Assembly (NCBI GenBank): GCA_002633005.1
Contig: NMRA01000323.1
Location: 62,001-126,000 of the forward strand
DNA: 64,000 bases
From: Phoronis australis
Taxonomy: Eukaryota > Animalia > Phoronida
Direction of reading: 5' to 3'
Positions 59,826 through 64,000 of this stretch are shown here, piece by piece. Both the position numbers and the translations under genes were made by a program. The notes beneath the pieces are model-generated. The model did no database searches. It had not been told where the DNA came from and saw only the letters and a list, made by a program, of their open reading frames with translations. The first letter of the stretch is position 1; each line of letters starts with the position of its first letter.

Positions 59826-61580
59826 CTGTCCAGTAGGAGAAACAAATGGTCAGTCAAGGTAAAGAAACGTATGGTTCGGTAATAATTAACTGTCGAGAAA
59901 GTTCGATAAAATTCCATGTGGTTGAATAATTATGTGAAAATTTTCAAAGCTGAACTACGCTGCTTGTTGTCAAACAAATATTCACCATTGAGAAGCAAAA
60001 AATAAAATGGCTCAACAAAGCTTGAAAACTTGGCAAAAATTACTACAACAAGATAAAACTTCATAATTGACATTGAGACAAATTTTTATTCACAACAGAA
60101 ATTTTCGCAGTGAAAAAAACATACAAAACACTCAAAGACTGCTAAAGCACTCTTCAAAATTTAGGAAAAAATGTTTTGCAATAAGTTTTTGTTGTCTTTA
60201 AAGTCAAAAAGTAGAGAAATTTTTCCCTCCTACAATATTAAATGGTTTGACAGAGGCAGTTTGCCGGTTAGGGTGAATACGTACTCTACTAATAATTATA
60301 TGACCATGAGCATGATTCCTGTTAAATAAACTTTTTAAGTATGCTGATATTGAATAACTATCTCAATAGGTACTTTGCATACACAAATGGATTTTGTATG
60401 TGTTACATTGCAAAACATTGATTGATTGAGAAAGTCAACTAACTGGGATTTTTACAATGAACTGAGTAAATTAGAATTCAATATTTACCATGTGCCAAAT
60501 TTTATGAAATAATTGTAGATCAGGAAATGACCAAAAATGCTTTGAATACCATTTTCGTTCTAGTTAAGATCCAGTGAATATAAATTGAAATTTAAACACT
60601 GAGCACGTAACAAAATATAATTACAGGCATTAAACTGAGCAGACAATAAATATAAAGAAATACACAGATTAAAGCATTTCGCCGCTGTTTAGCTGTCAAT
60701 GTTGAATTCTTGAAGTGCTTTTGGGTTTAAAAACATTACTATGGTCAACCGATCTTCAATTCTTGTTGAATGAGCCTGACCTTAAGTCTCGGGCTATGTG
60801 CGCATACGCCATTTTGAATGCACAAGTTTAGAGTTAGCCACGCCCAATAAGCTCCATACACGAGTTGAAAAATTGCTGATGGCTTCGATGCTCTTGTTGG
60901 CAATGGAAACAGAATCATAGCTTGGCACAGAATATTATAAGGCTAGTTAATTAGTAAAAGGCCTAATTTTATTTTCACTTTTAGCCAGCTAAACAAGGCG
61001 GAATGCACCTTTTAAGTGTTCTTGGATTACCTTTTTGGTCAATTGGTGGACAACGTGCTTCAGTTTTAGCCTTCATCATCTTAAACTCCTGCACATCAGC
61101 AACTGTTTTGTCGATAGCAATCCTCCTTTTCTCATCCGAATCGAACAAGACTTTATTTCCATGCAAAAACTTGGCATACGAGAACTCTCCCACTTGCGAT
61201 GGTTTTGGTATGTTGATAGGATACATAGTAGCTAGAGACTCGCTGGTCTTTCGCCCCTCAGCATTCACTTTAAAACCAAACTGCTTGCGGAAGTTTCTCC
61301 ACACATTTGCGTTATACTGAGGATCAGGCCTCTCGGGAAAGGGTGGCTCATATTTTCCCACTTCCTTCCACAGTTTCCACTCGACCGTGGGGTTACCGTT
61401 AGTCCTTTCCTTAGCCTTCACTCGCAGCAAATGATGGCACTCCACTTTGAGGGTCGTGGGAAGGGCTCTTTTCTTGATGAACTTCTCGGCAGGTCGGGGC
61501 GAGAATCCACTCAGCTTCTCCTCAGCCGGGTCCATCAAGAATTCCCTATCCTTTATCGTTCTCATTTCTTCTACTTCCAT
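59461..61580 (-). CDS. TEX52: TEX52-family (testis-expressed 52-like) protein, 2 coding exons, 304 aa
   Basis: Exons 61031-61580 and 59461-59825, joined in phase 1 as EARCPPIDQK-GNIIPPEHYKWY. Motifs REFL..GFSPRP, W..VG...PPFPERPD..YNANVWR, IPKPSQVGEFSYAKF and PHYQ resemble vertebrate TEX52 as I recall it. An acceptor at 61586-61587 implies an upstream non-coding exon. Confidence 0.8.
61031..61580 (-). CDS. TEX52: TEX52-like coding exon 1
   Basis: Inside the longest ORF of the window (221 aa); donor G|GTAATC. Confidence 0.88.
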
Positions 61581-63133
61581 TTTATCTGGAAAAGAAGTGA
61601 TAAGTGATTGGGTTACTTCTGGTAGAAGTAAATAACAGATCAGCAAATCAACAGGAAAAGTTTATTTGACTGACAAACAATATCACCCGACAGAATATTA
61701 ATTTTCAGAAGTGAGCCATGGCTGTACACTTAGGGCTCATCATACCTTCGGTGTCTGACAGCAAAACGAGCGCTGCACCTAAAGCATCAATCACAATGAC
61801 ATTCGCTCGTGCTCAACAATTTTTTTCTTGTTTGATGATCTCATCAGTTGATTAGGATGGCAATGTGGATGTCCTGCATATATATACTTCAATCGAATGT
61901 TAAAGGACACCACCTGCCAATTCAACAGAACAAAAATGATATAGGTTTTTGTTGAAACGGAATGTTTAATATATCTTGAATCATCTGGAAAACCTTGGGT
62001 ATTTTCATCTAGACTTAAATTATCCTTCAGAGATGTTTCGTATGCAAACTTCAATTATATAACAACAAACAAACAGATTTTCTCAAGAGACAGTTATAAA
62101 TCATGACTTCTGCCTAACAGGTCTCAATTCCGTCGTTGTGTTTTTGTCATTTCATTAACAAATTGCCAATTTTCACCAGTGCCTGCCATTCGTTCCACCA
62201 GCAGAGCATATTAGGCTGTAACCTCGGCTTCAGGCAGGATTCCACAGCACAGTTGATTTCTCGAAAAGCCACTTTTTCTCACTGATATTATCCCTTTAAT
62301 TAATTGATATAACCTGCATTTTGTAAGAAACACACAACTTGCTATTATGACAGAAATTTGCGCAAATGCAGACATGAAACACTTCCAAGCGATGATTTGA
62401 GGATACGAAAAAAATACCCGAGTTGTTCTGGGTGGTCCTCAATACAGAAAACCACAATAAAAAACCTGATAAATTAGCATCTGAAAAATGAGATTTTACA
62501 GTGTCACTGTCACTGGAATTTCTTCTCATAGCCTCATACCAATAATTCATTAGATAAATACCAGCCCACCACCAGTGAGACTTACCAACTACGGTATCAC
62601 AGGCGCTCAAATTTCCCCGTGATGACTAGTCATAACCGTATAAGAAACATAGATCAAATGAAAGAAGGTATTCAAAGATTTGTTGGATGCTAGTTTCGTG
62701 GAGTTCCATGCACATTTGAGTAGAAAATTCTGAGCAAACAGATTTTGAGTGTCCAACCTTTATGTTTTCTTAGTAGTGAGTGACGTCATTTGCGATCGAG
62801 GAACGGATAAACTCAAGCGCCTGTGCTACGTATGTGTTGCATGCAATTTTAATTTCCAACACATTCGCTTTCTTCACACAGCACTGGGTCATTTTTTGCA
62901 GCTAGACAGTACTAGAACGAAGGCCGACGTAGGCATCACGTCAATGCCGAGGTACATCAATTAGTCATCATCAGCATCAGGACATCATTAACACTCAGTC
63001 TTGAAGTTGAACTTAGCTATCGCTTCATCTTATTGTACTTGTACTGTCGAGCCACAATATTATTTGCAACTCATCAACGGTACATAGATGACTGGAAATT
63101 AACCACACAATTTTCTTGTCTTAGGTGCCTTAC

Positions 63134-63255
63134 CAAAATTCTCCGTCGGTTCAAAAACCGCGGAACCCCCAAATTCACAAGGAATGCTGTCTCACGACCA
63201 TGACGCCATCTTGGAAGCTGTCAGGGTTGTCTAGGCTACACGAAATCTCGCGAGA
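63134..63255 (-). promoter_or_regulatory. Probable TEX52 promoter / non-coding first exon
   Basis: Minus-strand donor TG|GTAAGG at 63134/63133; YY1-type CAAGATGGCG 63204-63213; X-box-like GTTGTCTAGGCTAC 63226-63239; palindrome TCTCGCGAGA 63246-63255. Confidence 0.55.
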
Positions 63256-64000
63256 GTGGATGGGCTGTTCTGTTTACTTCGTGATTTTGATACCCCTGGT
63301 TGGGGAAAGATAAATGCCATTGACTTACCAAAAACACTGAAAATACACTGTTAGTGATCAATTTAAATTGGGTTTAAATTATATAAATTTTCATTAAGTA
63401 TGTTCAATTGAAAAGAGTTAGACGTTTCAAATCGCCTGGCGTGTAATAGCGAAAACGGCAAGTACTTTGAGATGTTAAATAGAACAGCGAAGTCGTCAAC
63501 ATAAACAATATTCAACAGAGTATCGAAGATGACTTTTAAACATGCCCGGAATAACGTTCTAACCGGCATTGATTTATTGTGATTGACATAAAACAACAGC
63601 AGAGCAAACGAGGGGATCTCTAAGTAAGTACAACTGATGGTGTTGATTACTTGAACTGTATGATAGGTTTTTTAAATGTCGCACCTGAAAGAACAGGTAA
63701 AAATCAAGCACTTTAACGGAAAATGCTGAACAGTGTCCACATTACGACGTTCCTTGGCCAGCCCCCTCCCCGTCTCTCTCCATGACTGAGGTTTCACCAC
63801 CATTACCGTAACTGAGCTCAATTTCTCAATAGGCAATTACATCGCCCTGGATGCCGAAGGCTAACCGGCCAACCGAGGGGCTATGTGAATTGTCTAAATT
63901 ATCAACAGCTCGCTTTTTGACGTCGTTCAGTCTGGCGGATCTCGGATGTGAATGAGACCGATGGCTCTACAACTACTTAGTTCGAATCCGGGCCAGGGGC

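Noticed and set aside
61003-61635. Plus-strand ORFs overlapping TEX52
   Set aside because: Antisense shadows of the real coding exon.

Overview
AT-rich, intron-rich animal DNA. A highly heterozygous marine invertebrate is my inference from gene content, repeat types and a single-N join of two allelic copies. Most ORFs in the supplied track are spurious. I assembled three spliced genes by hand from GT-AG junctions with consistent phases: (1) AATF/Bfr2/Che-1, minus strand, 12 coding exons, 41636->10509, 526 aa; (2) a syntaxin-7/12/TSNARE1(Syx20)-family Qa-SNARE, plus strand, 9 coding exons, 43684->53893, 297 aa, head-to-head with AATF; (3) a TEX52-family protein, minus strand, 2 coding exons, 61580->59461, 304 aa, convergent with the syntaxin. 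The rest is non-autonomous DNA transposons (hAT-, PIF/Harbinger-, Tc1/mariner- and Kolobok-like, a foldback element), a decayed LINE 3' end, tRNA-derived SINE-like heads, local duplications and mini/microsatellites. I found no CRISPR, no intact transposase or reverse transcriptase, and no prokaryotic-type system. The most notable items are a higher-order repeat carrying an array of co-oriented CTCF-like motifs in AATF introns, a filled/empty MITE insertion site captured on both sides of an assembly N, and an X-box/TCTCGCGAGA/YY1 cluster upstream of TEX52. Family names come from recall of the proteins and repeat rules, not from a database search.
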